From Nymphaea colorata (Eukaryota): a DNA stretch of 64,000 bases. Below are positions 48,327-60,665 of the stretch, piece after piece (the stretch's first letter is position 1; each line of letters starts with the position of its first letter). A program made the position numbers and the translations under genes. The notes below the pieces were generated by a model that ran no database searches, had not been told where the DNA came from, and saw nothing but the letters and a program-made list of their open reading frames with translations. Where the stretch lies: the NCBI RefSeq assembly GCF_008831285.2, contig NC_045138.2, positions 27,838,001 to 27,902,000 on the forward strand. The letters run 5' to 3'.

Positions 48327-51300
48327 GATCAAAATGAAGCAACAATTAAATAAACAAGTGATATAAATAAAATAATGATATGTTAACGAACAATTACTCT
48401 AAGAACAAAATGAAAACAGAGTTTAAATGATTAAACTTTAGGGGTCTGAATCAGTTTTGATTTAAAAAGTATTCAAATGTGTTCAAATACCCACTTTGGA
48501 AACTGGTCTGGCCTCATTGAATACGTGTACCCTACTGAATTACGATGTCAAAAAACTTTTGAACACATTTTACTACTAAATATTTAATATCATTACACAG
48601 AACAACTACCATTTTGGATGTCGAAAATGCGACTGTTATTTGCACAGGCAATGAAATGAACTGCCCTTCTCACAGGTGATGTTTGGGAGAAGTAGCATGA
48701 AAGCTTCAGTTGTCTGAGGTCAGCCTTTTCGTGTCGGGCTAGATGAAAAGTTCATGGAGATCGTTGCTGTGATTTTAATTGTTCTGTTCGTGCAGGTTTA
48801 AAGATGACACGGCCGATCGCACATGGACTTCAGATTACGGCGGGTATGGACTTCCCGTCAACACCACTACTAGAATAGAGAGCACTGGCTTGTTCCGGGT
48901 ACCATCCATGGTCCTCCAAACTGCCGAATACTCGAAGAGCGGCATTAATATCCGTTGGAAACAAGCAGCAAAGGGAGAGGAATACCTTTTCGTCCTTTAT
49001 TTTGCAGGGATAGTGCTAAACCGACAAGATAACCTGACCCTAACTATAAACGAGCAACAACCACCCTTTCCTTTTGATGTTCCTTACATGGACTCAAATC
49101 CAGTTTTCTCAAATACGCCATTCGATTTTGAAGATTATTTGATCACTCTCGCCGGAGCAAATCTTACGAGTGTCCCTATCATCAATGCATTTGAAGTCTA
49201 CAAGGTGTACGAACCCGCTGGTGGGGCAACTTATGGCCAAGACGGTGAGTATCTTACTGATTTGGTTAACCCCCCGTTTAATCACTGAAATCAATCTTAC
49301 GAGTATCTTACTGATTTGGTAACAGGAACACTGCATTGGCTTTGGAATGCAGTGTTCTATGAATGTCTTCCAAGAACTGGACCACATTTATTTCGTGTAA
49401 GACAATTATGTTTAAGAGCGAAGCTAAAATACAGTGAGTCTCTATGCAGAACTAATTGTGCATAGACCTAGAAAGAATCCACAAACACATGACAAGTAAG
49501 AGGGTAAAAGTATTTCGTCTTAACAAGCTCACCTTCTAACTGAGTTAGGAATTTTAAACGATTGCAGTTGAAGCGATCACTGGAATAAGAGATTACTACA
49601 AAATCAAGAAAAACTGGGCCTCTGATCCTTGTCTTCCCGAGCTGTATCCATGGGAAGGCGTCAACTGCAGCTATGGGAATCCGAAGTCGCCAACAATCAC
49701 TGGCTTGTAAGTTCGATGCCTCAAGTTAAAACTCTCATAAACTAATAACCTATTCATGGTTCTAATTGCTCAAAATTACTATGCAGGGATCTTTCCAACA
49801 GTGAACTACAGGGCTCAATATCCACTGAGTTTGAAAAGTTAATATCTATTCAATCACTGTAAGTGTGCCTGTGCATCGTAAAAAATCCATCCTATGGTCG
49901 ATCAGGTTTACTGACTGCACAGGCCTTTCTGGTTTCTGCACACAGGAACTTGTCAGGGAATCACTTGAATGGTTCAATACCAGAATTCCTTGGAACAATG
50001 AAAAGTCTGCGGACGCTGTGAGTATGCTTATTGTGGCATTGTGGGCTTTCATTTTCTTGTTTTTCCTTCAGTTGTTTGAAGAAAATTGATCGGGGGTCGG
50101 TAATTTTAGAGACCTATCCGATAATGATTTATGTGGACCAATCCCAAGTGCCCTCAAAGCAAGAATGGAAGACGGATCACTTTCAGTAAGGTCTGGTTTA
50201 AGAATATTGACTTTAGATCTTTAGTTTTCTAACATTTAATCCAGATTGATTAAAAAAAACCCCATGTACAGGCTGAAAAACATTCGCCTGGATTGTCATG
50301 GCCCTGACCCTGACCCTGTCCCCAAGTTGGTGATCGCCATTTGTGTTCCTGTAGCCGTCGTCCTCATAATTATAGCGATCATCTGTATTGTCCTTTTCAA
50401 GAGAAGGCATCGACACACTAATATACCGGCGCCACGTCCAACACCAGTAGGTATGATGTCCATATGCACAACTACGTAGAATGCACTCAATTCCTTTTTG
50501 TCGTCGTTGAACGATCTCTATTTGAGAACAGTTCCGGTTGTGCCACCTTCGCCAATACCAGTACCAGAAGTTCCGAATGCGCCTCCTCCAGCACCAGTAC
50601 CAACAGTTCCAGTTGCGCCACCTCCTCCAGTTCCAGGACACGAGAACAGGTTCAGCTACAGTGACATTGTGCAGATCACCAATAACTTTCGAACTGAGAT
50701 AGGTAAAGGAGGGTCTGGAACTGTTTATCTTGGACAACTGAGCCATGGCCGTCAAGTGGCAGTCAAGAAAGTTACAAGAACAGAGGCGTTAAGAAGCAGG
50801 GAATTTTCTGCAGAGGTTTGTGTCCTGTAAAATACTAGTTTAAAAGAAAAGGAAAGTTAGAAAACAGAAAAGCGAATTCGTCATCGTTACTGCGTCTGTT
50901 CATGCTTTTTCATCCTTGCAGATTGCTGCATTGACACAAGTTCATCATAGAAGTTTGGTGTCCTTCGGTGGATTCTGTGAGGAAGGGGACAATATGATGC
51001 TCGTATATGAATATATGGCTGGAGGAAACCTGAGGGAGCTATTGTCAGGTATGAGCGTTCATCATGCAGTTCTTAGGCATTTGCTATTTTGATGCTCTTT
51101 TCTCTTCAATGGTAGGCAACACTAAATTTCTCCATGTGGGGCATCATGAATGTAAAGTAAAGAAAAACCTAGCCTTTCATTACAATTTTGAGGTGCCCAG
51201 TGAAATTCCTGACTGTTGCAAATGTGCCAAAATGAAAACTTTGTATGTGTGATGTGTGTAACACTCAAATTTTGGGGATCGCTTAAAAATTTATCTGTGA

Positions 51301-53200
51301 AAAAGTTTGCTGGCGATATATACCTGTTCTCCTTACCACCTTTTGTTACACTTTTAGCTTTTTAGGAGTGGACTCGAATAGGATCCAACAGAATGAGCCA
51401 TTCTGGGCTGGGTCATTACCCTGTGTGTGTGAGTGTGTGTTATGCTCATTGTAGCAATACACAAGGAGCCTCTGCATTTTTTTCCATTAATACATAAACT
51501 GCAAGTCCAGCTTGCTCATCGTTGTCCTTCGCTACTAGTGAGCAATGGGTCTCAGCCGCATGAGTCCAAAGACTCCTTCTTCTGAAGCTAGATCAACTGC
51601 TCTTATGTGCATTCGAGGTTATTGCATTGGCACTGTTCAGATTGGAGAAGAAGTAGCCTAATTGCTCTAAATTGCATAATAATCAAATTTATCCTTTTTA
51701 CTGCAGATAAGACGGATAACAAATCTATGTTCTTAACTTGGGATAAGCGACTCCAAATGGCAATAAGTGTTGCTACAGGTGTGCATCCGAAACACTGCTC
51801 TAGTTTTTTGAATTTATCAACTGTCAATTCAACATTTATTTTGCAGGTCTTGATTATTTGCATGCTGGTTGCAATCCGCCAATAATTCACAGGGATGTGA
51901 AAACAAGCAATATTCTTTTGGATGGAAACATGGAAGCAAGGCTGGCAGATTTTGGATTGTCTAGAGCCATTTATGCTGAAAATGAACCTGTATCCACTCT
52001 TGTTATGGGTACAACAGGATACATAGACCCAGAGTACGTGAAAGTGTAAAACAAAAGATATTCATCTTATAACCTCCTGGTTTCAGATTTCATTTCTTTA
52101 TTTTCTTCCTTTGGTGTCTTCCTTCAGTGGGCAAGCTGAACATAAACCCCTGTTACTGAAGAATACGGAAAGACACTAAAACTGACAGCAATAGAAATGG
52201 CTGCCAATCAGGTTGCTTATCTTTCCGCAGCCTTCATGTGGATAGACAAATATCCTGGCCGTAGGAATGCCATTGCCCAACCTACATAAATTAACAGAAC
52301 TGCGATAGGATCTGTACAGAACTTTGAAAAGCATCAATTGTTCCCAAGCTACCTCCACCTTCCAAGACATTTTCACATCATTAAACGAAGGAAACAGTAA
52401 CTCTTCCCCCTTTCTTTCTTATGACAAGACTTACATTAAAGCTATGAGTAATGGCCATTCAACAACAAAATTTGCTTCCTAAGACTAGTTATTGAACACT
52501 GAAATTTGCCTCTTAATTCAGGACGGCTCAAACCCTTCTTCATCTTCCTTTTGCTTGAGCACATGTGAAGCATTTCACATGTGTGTGTGTGCTTTCATAT
52601 ACATACATTATACAGATGGCATGCATGTCTGATATTTACGTATGTGCGTTCAGGCCTCTCATCATTGACTACAGAACAGTAGAACTCATTCAATTTTTAC
52701 CCGTGCATTTTCTTGTTCCTCTCATAGATAAAAAGGTGCATGTCAATGATCTAGCGTTTACTGTTTGCAGGTATTACCGCACGGGAAAACTAACAACAAA
52801 GAGTGATGTTTTCAGCTTCGGTGTAGTTCTTTTTGAGCTCATAACTGGTCGTCCTGCTTTCTTCTCTGAAAATGGAATACCAACTAGCGTTGTCCAATGG
52901 GCAAAAACAACTATACAATATGGAGATTTTCATAGGATCATCGATCCTAGACTTAGAGGACAGTATGACGCCGACTCCATATGGAGTGTTATAGAACTTG
53001 CTATTGCAAGTTTGCAGGAGTCAGGCGATAGGAGGCCTACAATGCATAAGATTGTTACTAAACTGGCAGCAGTTAAAAATAAAGAGAAACGTCTACTTGG
53101 AATTGGAACTCCTACTGCTGGAGAGGGATCGACGCCATCTGAATTTTTAATGGACTCTACCACATATGTGGAAATAGAAACTGCGCCTAAGCCACGGTAG
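45469..53200 (+). CDS. Malectin-like LRR-I receptor-like kinase, tandem copy B, 13 exons, ~897 aa
   Basis: Exons 45469-45538, 46467-46998, 48796-49244, 49568-49706, 49787-49858, 49946-50017, 50110-50190, 50272-50450, 50532-50815, 50922-51048, 51707-51778, 51847-52033, 52771-53200. Total 2694 nt in frame, colinear with copy A, kinase motifs intact. Confidence 0.93.
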
Positions 53201-54199
53201 TAGAAAATGGCATGTGGTCACTAAGCCTACAATCAGATTAGTTTCTGCTGAAAAAGCATGGTACTTCTAGAACAGACTTCACTCTGCTGTGTATGGTAAA
53301 AAGCTCTGTTACAGGCTCGGTTTTACCATTTGATTCCTTCTTTTGCTTTTGCATGTTATGTTTATCTACAGCAGTGCAGGTGAAATAAGAGGATTGTGTA
53401 AGGATGTGCATGGAGAACTAGAGGAGAGTCTCTGTTTTCTTCAGTTTATACTTCGATACAGGGTTGGAGTTGGAGCATATATGAAACATAGACTATTAAA
53501 ATGATACTTGTGAAAGGATTTCGTTTCTGATGGTGTTGAGCATGGATGGGTTTGTACGCGTTCTTCTGTATACTTAATAAGCTCTTGGAAATACTTCTTT
53601 TTGCCGTATTGAATGTACTGGTCTTTTGTTTCTGTGGGGTGTTTTCCTCATTGTATGTTTACTGTTGGCCATTTAACGGTGAGAGAGTTGGTTAGGATGG
53701 GTCAATAATAAACTTAGTAATGCATGTTTAGTGTTGTTTCATGCCACAGTCAACGCGAAATACATTTCAGTGTGCTTTAGAATTGATATACATCTTTAAA
53801 TTATGAAATAAATAATGGCTACTTACATGCATTGTCAATATTTTAATGCACAAAGAGAAAAGGGAAATCAAATTTATACTTACGCGTTATAGGTCTTAGA
53901 TTAAGCTGAAATTTTACATGGTGGGAATTCTGTTTTAGTGAAGGAATTAATATTAATGATTTTTCTCTTTTGGAAATTGGAGTCTTAGCGACTTTGCTAC
54001 AAGGAAAGATGAAGTACAATTTCATGATAGCGGCAACAGGCATGTCTCTCCCGCATGCCTGACAATCAGCGACTAGTTTCTAAAGGATGCCCTTTCGCTG
54101 TGAAGGCTTCCACGCAGATTTGTCACTGATTTCGCTGAATCTCGAGGTGGTGTTTGAAGAGATCATACTTAATACGCAAAAATGAAGTCCAGTCAGAAG

Positions 54200-54450
54200 G
54201 TGCATGGGAAAGTGTATGCCACCATTTCACCAAGAGCTCAGCATTATGCATTTTAAGGGATGTGATGCCAAGAACACCCTGTGCTAAGGGCTGAATCACG
54301 TCGGATCAGACTTCGCTTTGGCTTCCCCATAGTCCGTTATGAGCAAAGCCCTCTTTGAAAAGCGAGTGCTTTGTGCCGAACAAGATGTTGTTTATGGTCT
54401 TGCCAAAGGAAGTTTCCCATGAAGGCTTGTATCTGCTTGGCAATCTCATG
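54200..54450 (-). mobile_element. LINE (L1-type) ORF2 fragment, post-RT region
   Basis: Minus-strand peptides HEIAKQIQAFMGNFLWQDHKQHLV and, after a frameshift, AQGVLGITSLKMHNAELLVKWWH match the recalled plant L1 motifs R-x-FLW...GGLG(I)...N-x-ALL-x-KW-x-W. Confidence 0.75.
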
Positions 54451-55898
54451 TGAGAGAGAGAGAGAGCCGATAAAATGGAAATATATAGCAAAATTTGAGA
54501 ATAAGGAGTCTCCTAAGTACATAAGCAAACCGCAGAAACGAAATATAAGAAGGGAGAGAGAAAGAGAGAGAGAGAGCCGATAAAATGAGAAAATATAACA
54601 AAATTTGAGGACAAGAGGTCCCCTAAATACAAAAACAATCCGCAAAAAAAGAAACATACCGTCAAAATTTAATGAGTACAAACTATATAAATATAATGAT
54701 CATGTCGTGGAAGCTAAATCATATTCAAGAATCTATTTAGTTAAATGTGCAGAAAGGATGTACGAACAACGCCAGTTTTATATAAAATCTCAGAAAGTTT
54801 AGATCACTAATCTTTTCATAATCCTCATAAATTTTATTTGACCATCCAAACACAACTTAATTCTAAGTATGAATGTCTTGATGTTGAGTCAAGAGTAAAT
54901 CTGTAACTTATGAGGCTAAAATCTGAAGTTAGAAAAACAAAGGGGAAACCTATATATAACTTTGACATTTGAGGTATAGTTGACAAGTACGAGCAATTAC
55001 ATTGGCTTGCGCAGGTTTGGCGCGAAAAGAATTACTGGTAGAAGTGCAAGTTGAGATGTGATTTATTGCGACGGACATGAATGCTCGGGGCTGACCAATT
55101 TGAAGAATGCTCCGATGCTGACGCCGGCAAAAGCGCAACCATAGTTACAGATTTGCTCTCTCGTATTTGAGATTTGCTATCACTGTGGGAGAAGGGTCTG
55201 ACTGATCCAACGAAGGAAGAACCATTGCAGTGGATGCCCGTCCATCGATCGATCGATTTGAATGCTCGAATATCCAGCTGCATTCAATCTCTTACACGTT
55301 TTATTTTGCTTACTTTTCTTTCATAGGGATTGATGGAATTTGGATGTGGAGATCCTAATATGGTTAGATTAATGGGGAGGTTTCTGCCAGAGTTCATGCT
55401 ACTGGATCGATCAGGAAGACAGACATGGATTTTTATTCTTCTGTTGTATTCCGTGGTCCATCAACACGCACGTGAACACGCAAATTGTCCAACCCTTTTT
55501 TTCTTTTCTTTTTTCTCCAAAAGGAAACTCTAAATCTGGAGAGTTTTGATTTAAAGCGGGACAAAGTTTATTGGAGTACTTGACGGCTGCAAATTCTACG
55601 TTTATATCAAAAAGGCTTGTGGAAGGAGTCATGTTGAGATTTTTTTTTTCGAAATACGTTCTGTCGAGTGTCGAATCATCCAAAAAAAAAAAAAATCAAA
55701 TAATTCGCACGTAAATGCGTACCTGAATTTGATCTTGAGAATCATATTAAATCTCGGCACATAAAATTATTTATACCCTCATAAATAACAATTAAGCTCA
55801 GCATTATGGATCACTATTTTGTTCTATCTTTCATAAGTACTATACAAATTGAAAGTGGCACATGAAAGGCCACAACTAAATAAATTGAAACGTCAGAT

Positions 55899-56161
55899 TA
55901 GAGATTGGCATCCGGCGGGTCCGTTCGACGGGCCCGAAACTTAGGCCCGGGGTCGATATTGGGTATCGGGTTTGGGCCTGGTTATAATAAAAAAATATTT
56001 TTAAATTATAAAATTTTTTTGAATATAAATTATATTTTAAATAATATATTATTAAATTTAAAAAATAATAATTTTTTTTTTTTCATATTAACCGGCTGGG
56101 TCGGGCCCCGTCTGGCCGGGTACCGGCCCCGGCCGACGGCCCAGCCCAGCGCCTACCTCTA
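55899..56161. mobile_element. hAT-type MITE with 8-bp TSD upstream of copy C
   Basis: TAGAGATTGGCA...CGCCTACCTCTA flanked by CGTCAGAT (55891-55898) / CGTCAGAC (56162-56169). Empty homologous site at ~32550 (GAAGCGTCATACCCCTC). Confidence 0.8.
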
Positions 56162-56441
56162 CGTCAGACCCTCGGTTGGGCATCATTGGCTGTGATGGTC
56201 AAAAGCTAACACTCCGACTTATATCAATAACCATCGCCCAAGCAGAGATATTAACTAAGCTATGTTTGGATTTTAATTGAGGATACCGTGTCTCCCTCAT
56301 TACAGCAACTACTAAAAAAAAAATCCAACCTCGGAAGTATTGAGAACTTTTAGTTTTTCTTTTAGTTACTTTCCAAACTTTGAGTTTTAAGGGACGTAGT
56401 AAAGCTGGTCCAGTCCAATAAAATTGTGTGTTGTCTGATCG

Positions 56442-56545
56442 ATTTCTATGAGTACTATTCTCTTTATGGACCGGAAATGGTAGCGCTGCAACCATTTCTA
56501 TGAGTACTATTCTCCTTTGGACCGGAAATGGTAGCGCCGCAACCA
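56442..56545 (+). repeat. 52-bp tandem duplication upstream of copy C
   Basis: ATTTCTATGAGTACTATTCTC....TGGACCGGAAATGGTAGCGCYGCAACC x2. Confidence 0.9.
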
Positions 56546-58835
56546 CTCAAATCAAATCTGTAAGGTAGCTTCCCAACCACTAAAGCAAACCCTGAAGCAT
56601 GAGCAAGTTTTGGGCGTCAACCCACCTTCAAGTCTTCTTCAACGGAAAAGAGAATGAAGAATCCGTTCCACCTCAGCTGCCTCTTTTTCATTGGTGAGAG
56701 TCACGTAAACAGTTTTTGCACTCATTGTCACAAAAAGACAAGTTACTAAACAATTATAGTGGCGCTTATGTGCTCTCAGCAAACTTTGATAAGGAGTTAT
56801 TGGACTTTTATTATATTTTTGGTTAAAATTGTAGCTACCAGTAAAAGAATAAACAAAACCTAAATACATGAAGCTAAAGCAAAGGAAGAAAAATATGTGA
56901 GAAAAATGACATTAACGTCGTAGAGGTGGTTCATGAAAAGTGAAAAACCAAAATGGAAAAATAAAATTAAAGAGGAAAAAAAAGTAAGAACCATGGCAAC
57001 CATGTTGAAGACATGTTACACGTCAAAAGCAGCGAGCTACTTTGAAACATAATCACAAATAAGATCTCAAAGTTTTAAACACTGAGGTTTTTCTCAAGTA
57101 TAATACGGCGAGCTTAAAAAATACAGAAAAAAAACCGAAAAAATATGTAAATTTTTAAAAACTTTAAAAAACTAAAATTGAGGGAAAATAAAATAAGTGA
57201 AAAACTGATAACACAAACATCAAAAGATAAGTAGATTTACAATAAATAAAAAATATATAAAAAAAAACTATTTGACATTAAAAAAACTGAAAAAAATTAA
57301 AAAAGTGAAAAAAAAGTTGCACTTTTTTTGTTTTTAATGTTTTTTTCAAAAAAAAAACACGTTCTTTTTAAGTTTTAAACAGTCATTTAATTTATGGCAT
57401 TCTTTTCATATTTTTTTTTAGAAAAAAACATGTTCTCCATGACTATACTTTGAAGCGTATACTTGATCGGATCGGAAAGAGGGCCGTGTTGTCACACTAG
57501 AGGTTGGAAACTTGGTCCTTAGATCAGTAGCGGATTAGAAATTTCCCCTTAAGAGGCACTATTATTTCAACTCTTTACATTTTTAAGAGACATTATTGAA
57601 AAAATGGCTAAGTATATGGTCTCAATTTATAAATAAACAATTTGTATGAGTCTATATGTGCAATTGCTTAACACACGTCCACACCAGCCTCCACCATTGG
57701 TCGACATAATCTAAATTTATATGCTCAAAGTCAGATCAGAAACTTTCTTGAATTGAAGCATATTACTTTTAAAAAAAATAGGAGCTAAAGAACGGAAGCA
57801 TAGGTTTCATTGATGCGACTACAAAATTGTGGCCGAAAGGTATTAATATAAAGAAAAGAACCAATATATAAATAAAAAAATTATGTGGGTTTTCGGAACA
57901 ATATGAAATAAATGTAATCGTTTCAGTATGCAAACGACCCTTGGCAACAGTAACAAGCTGTCAAATGAATTTCTTTTAATTTTGGGAGCAGATTAAAAAA
58001 ACATTGTGTTATTATGGTCCAAAAATTTATCTCAATCTTTGCAATAGGTTAGTTGAACAGTAATAACTAATAACTTGTTACTGTTGCCAAACATTCTGTT
58101 AATGTTATCTCAGGACAATGATATATTGCATCTCTTATCACTGATTGAAGTTTGAAAATCAGAAACAGGAGGCCCTTTTGATATGCAGTTATGAGTCCAA
58201 ATTCAGTCCAATGTATATTTGACTGAGATTCGATTCGACAGAAAATCAACAGGATACAAATGTGCTGATTTTATGCTAATCTGTATGAATTTGAGTTTCT
58301 GAAAAAATAATTAGGTTCAAATCTGATTAAGTCGAGTTTGGTAGACCGAAGAGTTTGGCCTCAGAGGGAGACGCAGACGCTGGATCCATGTGAATATAGC
58401 CAAATGTTTCAGTTGATTTTTCTTGATGAGCCCTGAAAAATTGAGGTTCCTTTTTGAAAAATTTCAAAACTGAGTTGTCTAGGTATTAAAGAATCCGCTC
58501 GACGCATCTATCAGATTTCGTCACGGCATCTGACTGTTGGCCACTAGCCAATCGTTCGGTTGGGGAATATTGCTTCCATCTTCGCTTGGATTTTTTGCAC
58601 TTTATTTTGCACTTTCTGCTAGGTGGTGAAACAATAGCCAAGGATGAAAGAATTGCGATCCATCTTTCTTCGACTGTTCATCTGGATGAAGGCCGTTCTG
58701 TTCGTCCATGCTCAGAACGGTAAGTAGTTCTTTTTTTTTTTTTTTTTTTTTTTTTCAGATTGATTTCTTGTGCATCACATAGATAATGGGATCATAGTAT
58801 GCAGATATGGCTTTCTTGTTTTCATAATGTGCAGT

Positions 58836-59439
58836 TGTTGGAGCGTGGAGCCCAATGTTAGAAACAAAACACAATAAACTCTCCTCTCTCACTCTTAAGA
58901 GGGGGTTAGAAGCAACAAGGAAGAAGACAACGATTTACGTGGTTCGGAACAATAATCTCCTACGTCCATGGTCGCAGAGATCTCTTGTATTCTCTCTCTC
59001 AGATGAACACACATAACAGACACTCACAAGCGGCGGCCATCCTCAAAACATAAGGATTAAGGCAAACCCGCATTTGTATAAAATGACATATATGCCCTTG
59101 CATATGAAAAAACCGTGGTATTGTAAATGAGTGTCTTCCATACACCAACACCCAATCCCCTTGTTTAAGAGTGGGGCGGCTTCTTGTATTCTTTGATAGC
59201 AAAAAAACCTGTAGGAAAAATTGATGTCTTCTTCTTCCTTTTCTTTAACAGTGGAGAGGCTTCTTGTATTCTTTGATTTTTGTGTAATAGTGAAAAAACT
59301 CTGCGTGTCCATAGATGTAGGAGAACCTTACCTTGTGTCTGAACAAGGTAAAATCTTTGTGTCTAATTCATCCTTCTTTTCTTTGGCTTTTTTTTCTTGG
59401 TGTTATAAGAAAGAGAAAGAGAAAGCCTTGTTCCTAACA
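58836..59439. mobile_element. Copia LTR-derived insertion in intron 1 of copy C, with 5-bp TSD
   Basis: TGTTGG...CCTAACA termini, flanked by GCAGT (58831-58835 and 59440-59444). The empty site is seen in copies A/B (ATGTAGTTTCATT). Contains the copia-LTR motif GATTTACGTGGTTCGG...CCTACGTCCA. Confidence 0.85.
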
Positions 59440-59710
59440 GCAGTTTCATTATTGAAACCATGATCTTAAGATATTTAAGATGAAATTCTTTTGCTAGACT
59501 GATAAACATTAGATCACTTCAAATTCCGAGCGAACCATTATCCAAGTGTTTGTTAAAGTTCATTCAGGAATGACATCTCCAGGTATCAGATCATGCAGAT
59601 ATGCTCTACGCCATGCAATAAGCCCTTTCCCGTCATGTTATATCAATATTGGCATCGGCCCCTCTCCATGAGATGTATGTAGGGCCAGTATGAGTTGTTT
59701 ATAAGGGTAA

Positions 59711-60213
59711 AATGACAATTCAAATGAAGATAGCTCCCATGTAGCCATATGATCCTCAACATGTAAGCCCAAAATCTTAGTGAACAGAACAACAAAAATG
59801 ATCTTTTTGTGTATATGCCAAATCTTTGTCATATAACTAAATAGATGTGGCAAAGTTTGTCTTTGTGCAAACTTCACCTCAAACCATGTCAACCTCTTAA
59901 AAAAAGAAAAAGAAAAAGAAAGATGGGTTAAATATAACAATTGATTGACAGCAAAGTAGCAATGAAAATTTAGATGATGAGCTCCCGTGTACCCAACTGA
60001 TATGCCATTTTTTCTTCAATATGAAGGTTTTAAGCCCAAAATCATTAGTAAATGAGACAACAAAACGATCTTTTTGTTTTTTATTCAAATCTTCATTATA
60101 TAAATAGATAGATATGGTATAGTCTGTCTTTGTGTCAACTTCACCTTAAAATATTTTAACTTCTTAAAATAAAGAAAGAGAGAAATTAAATATAGCAATT
60201 GATTGACAGCAAA
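59711..60213 (+). repeat. Older ~250-bp diverged tandem duplication in intron 1 of copy C
   Basis: Both units contain AGCTCCC.TGTA, AAGCCCAAAATC, AACTTCACCT and end AAATATA.CAATTGATTGACAGCAAAG. Single copy in A/B (~35290-35556). Confidence 0.75.
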
Positions 60214-60263
60214 GAACTAAGTTCTGGTGACGAAAGATTTACGATAAGTGATGGGTTTCATTA

Positions 60264-60665
60264 GGTTTGCTTTTAAATGACAACCTTAAAAATGACGTTT
60301 TATAAAAACTAGGTTTTGAATGCATGTCAAAACTGCTTTCATTGCTAGTTTTTTGAAGCCTGATTTGTATGTTTCAAAGACAAGACACAAACCAGGTTTT
60401 TACTTTTTAAACCTTTGGGCAGCAAAAACTAGTCGATACAGTAAATATATTGATATTATTAAACCTAGGGGGCAGAACCCATTTTTCTCTTTAAAAAACC
60501 AAAAAAAAAAAAACCTGGATGGGGGGGCAGGTTTCTCAAGTTCATTTAAAAATGAATTTAGTCAAAACTGGGTTTGAAACAAGTTTAATTTTAATGTCAC
60601 CTAAACATTTTGAAAAATGCATTTTGAGGTCAAACACCATTTTAGGCTGTCGCCTGAACAGCGGC
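60264..60665. mobile_element. PIF/Harbinger (Tourist-like) MITE in intron 1 of copy C
   Basis: Flanked by TTA/TTA; degenerate TIRs GGTTTGCTTTTAAATGACAACCTTAAAA / TTTTAGGCTGTCGCCTGAACAGCGGC; internal AAAAC(C/T)AG repeats. A related element lies at ~1496-1736 ending GGCATCCAAACGCCGCCTA. Confidence 0.55.

Larger units (their letters stand above)
32760..54150 (+). repeat. ~10.7-kb direct tandem duplication (unit A ~32760-43455, unit B ~43460-54150) covering promoter, gene and 3' flank
   Basis: Colinear high similarity, e.g. 33172-33430 vs 43792-44060, 34721 vs 45469, 42516-43450 vs 53201-54150. Junction near 43455. Confidence 0.93.

Noticed and set aside
58635..58647. TAGCCAAGGATGA equals the first 13 nt of miR169
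   Set aside because: It is the start-codon context of copy C (A/B have TAGCCAAGCATGA); the match stops at 13 nt and there is no hairpin partner.
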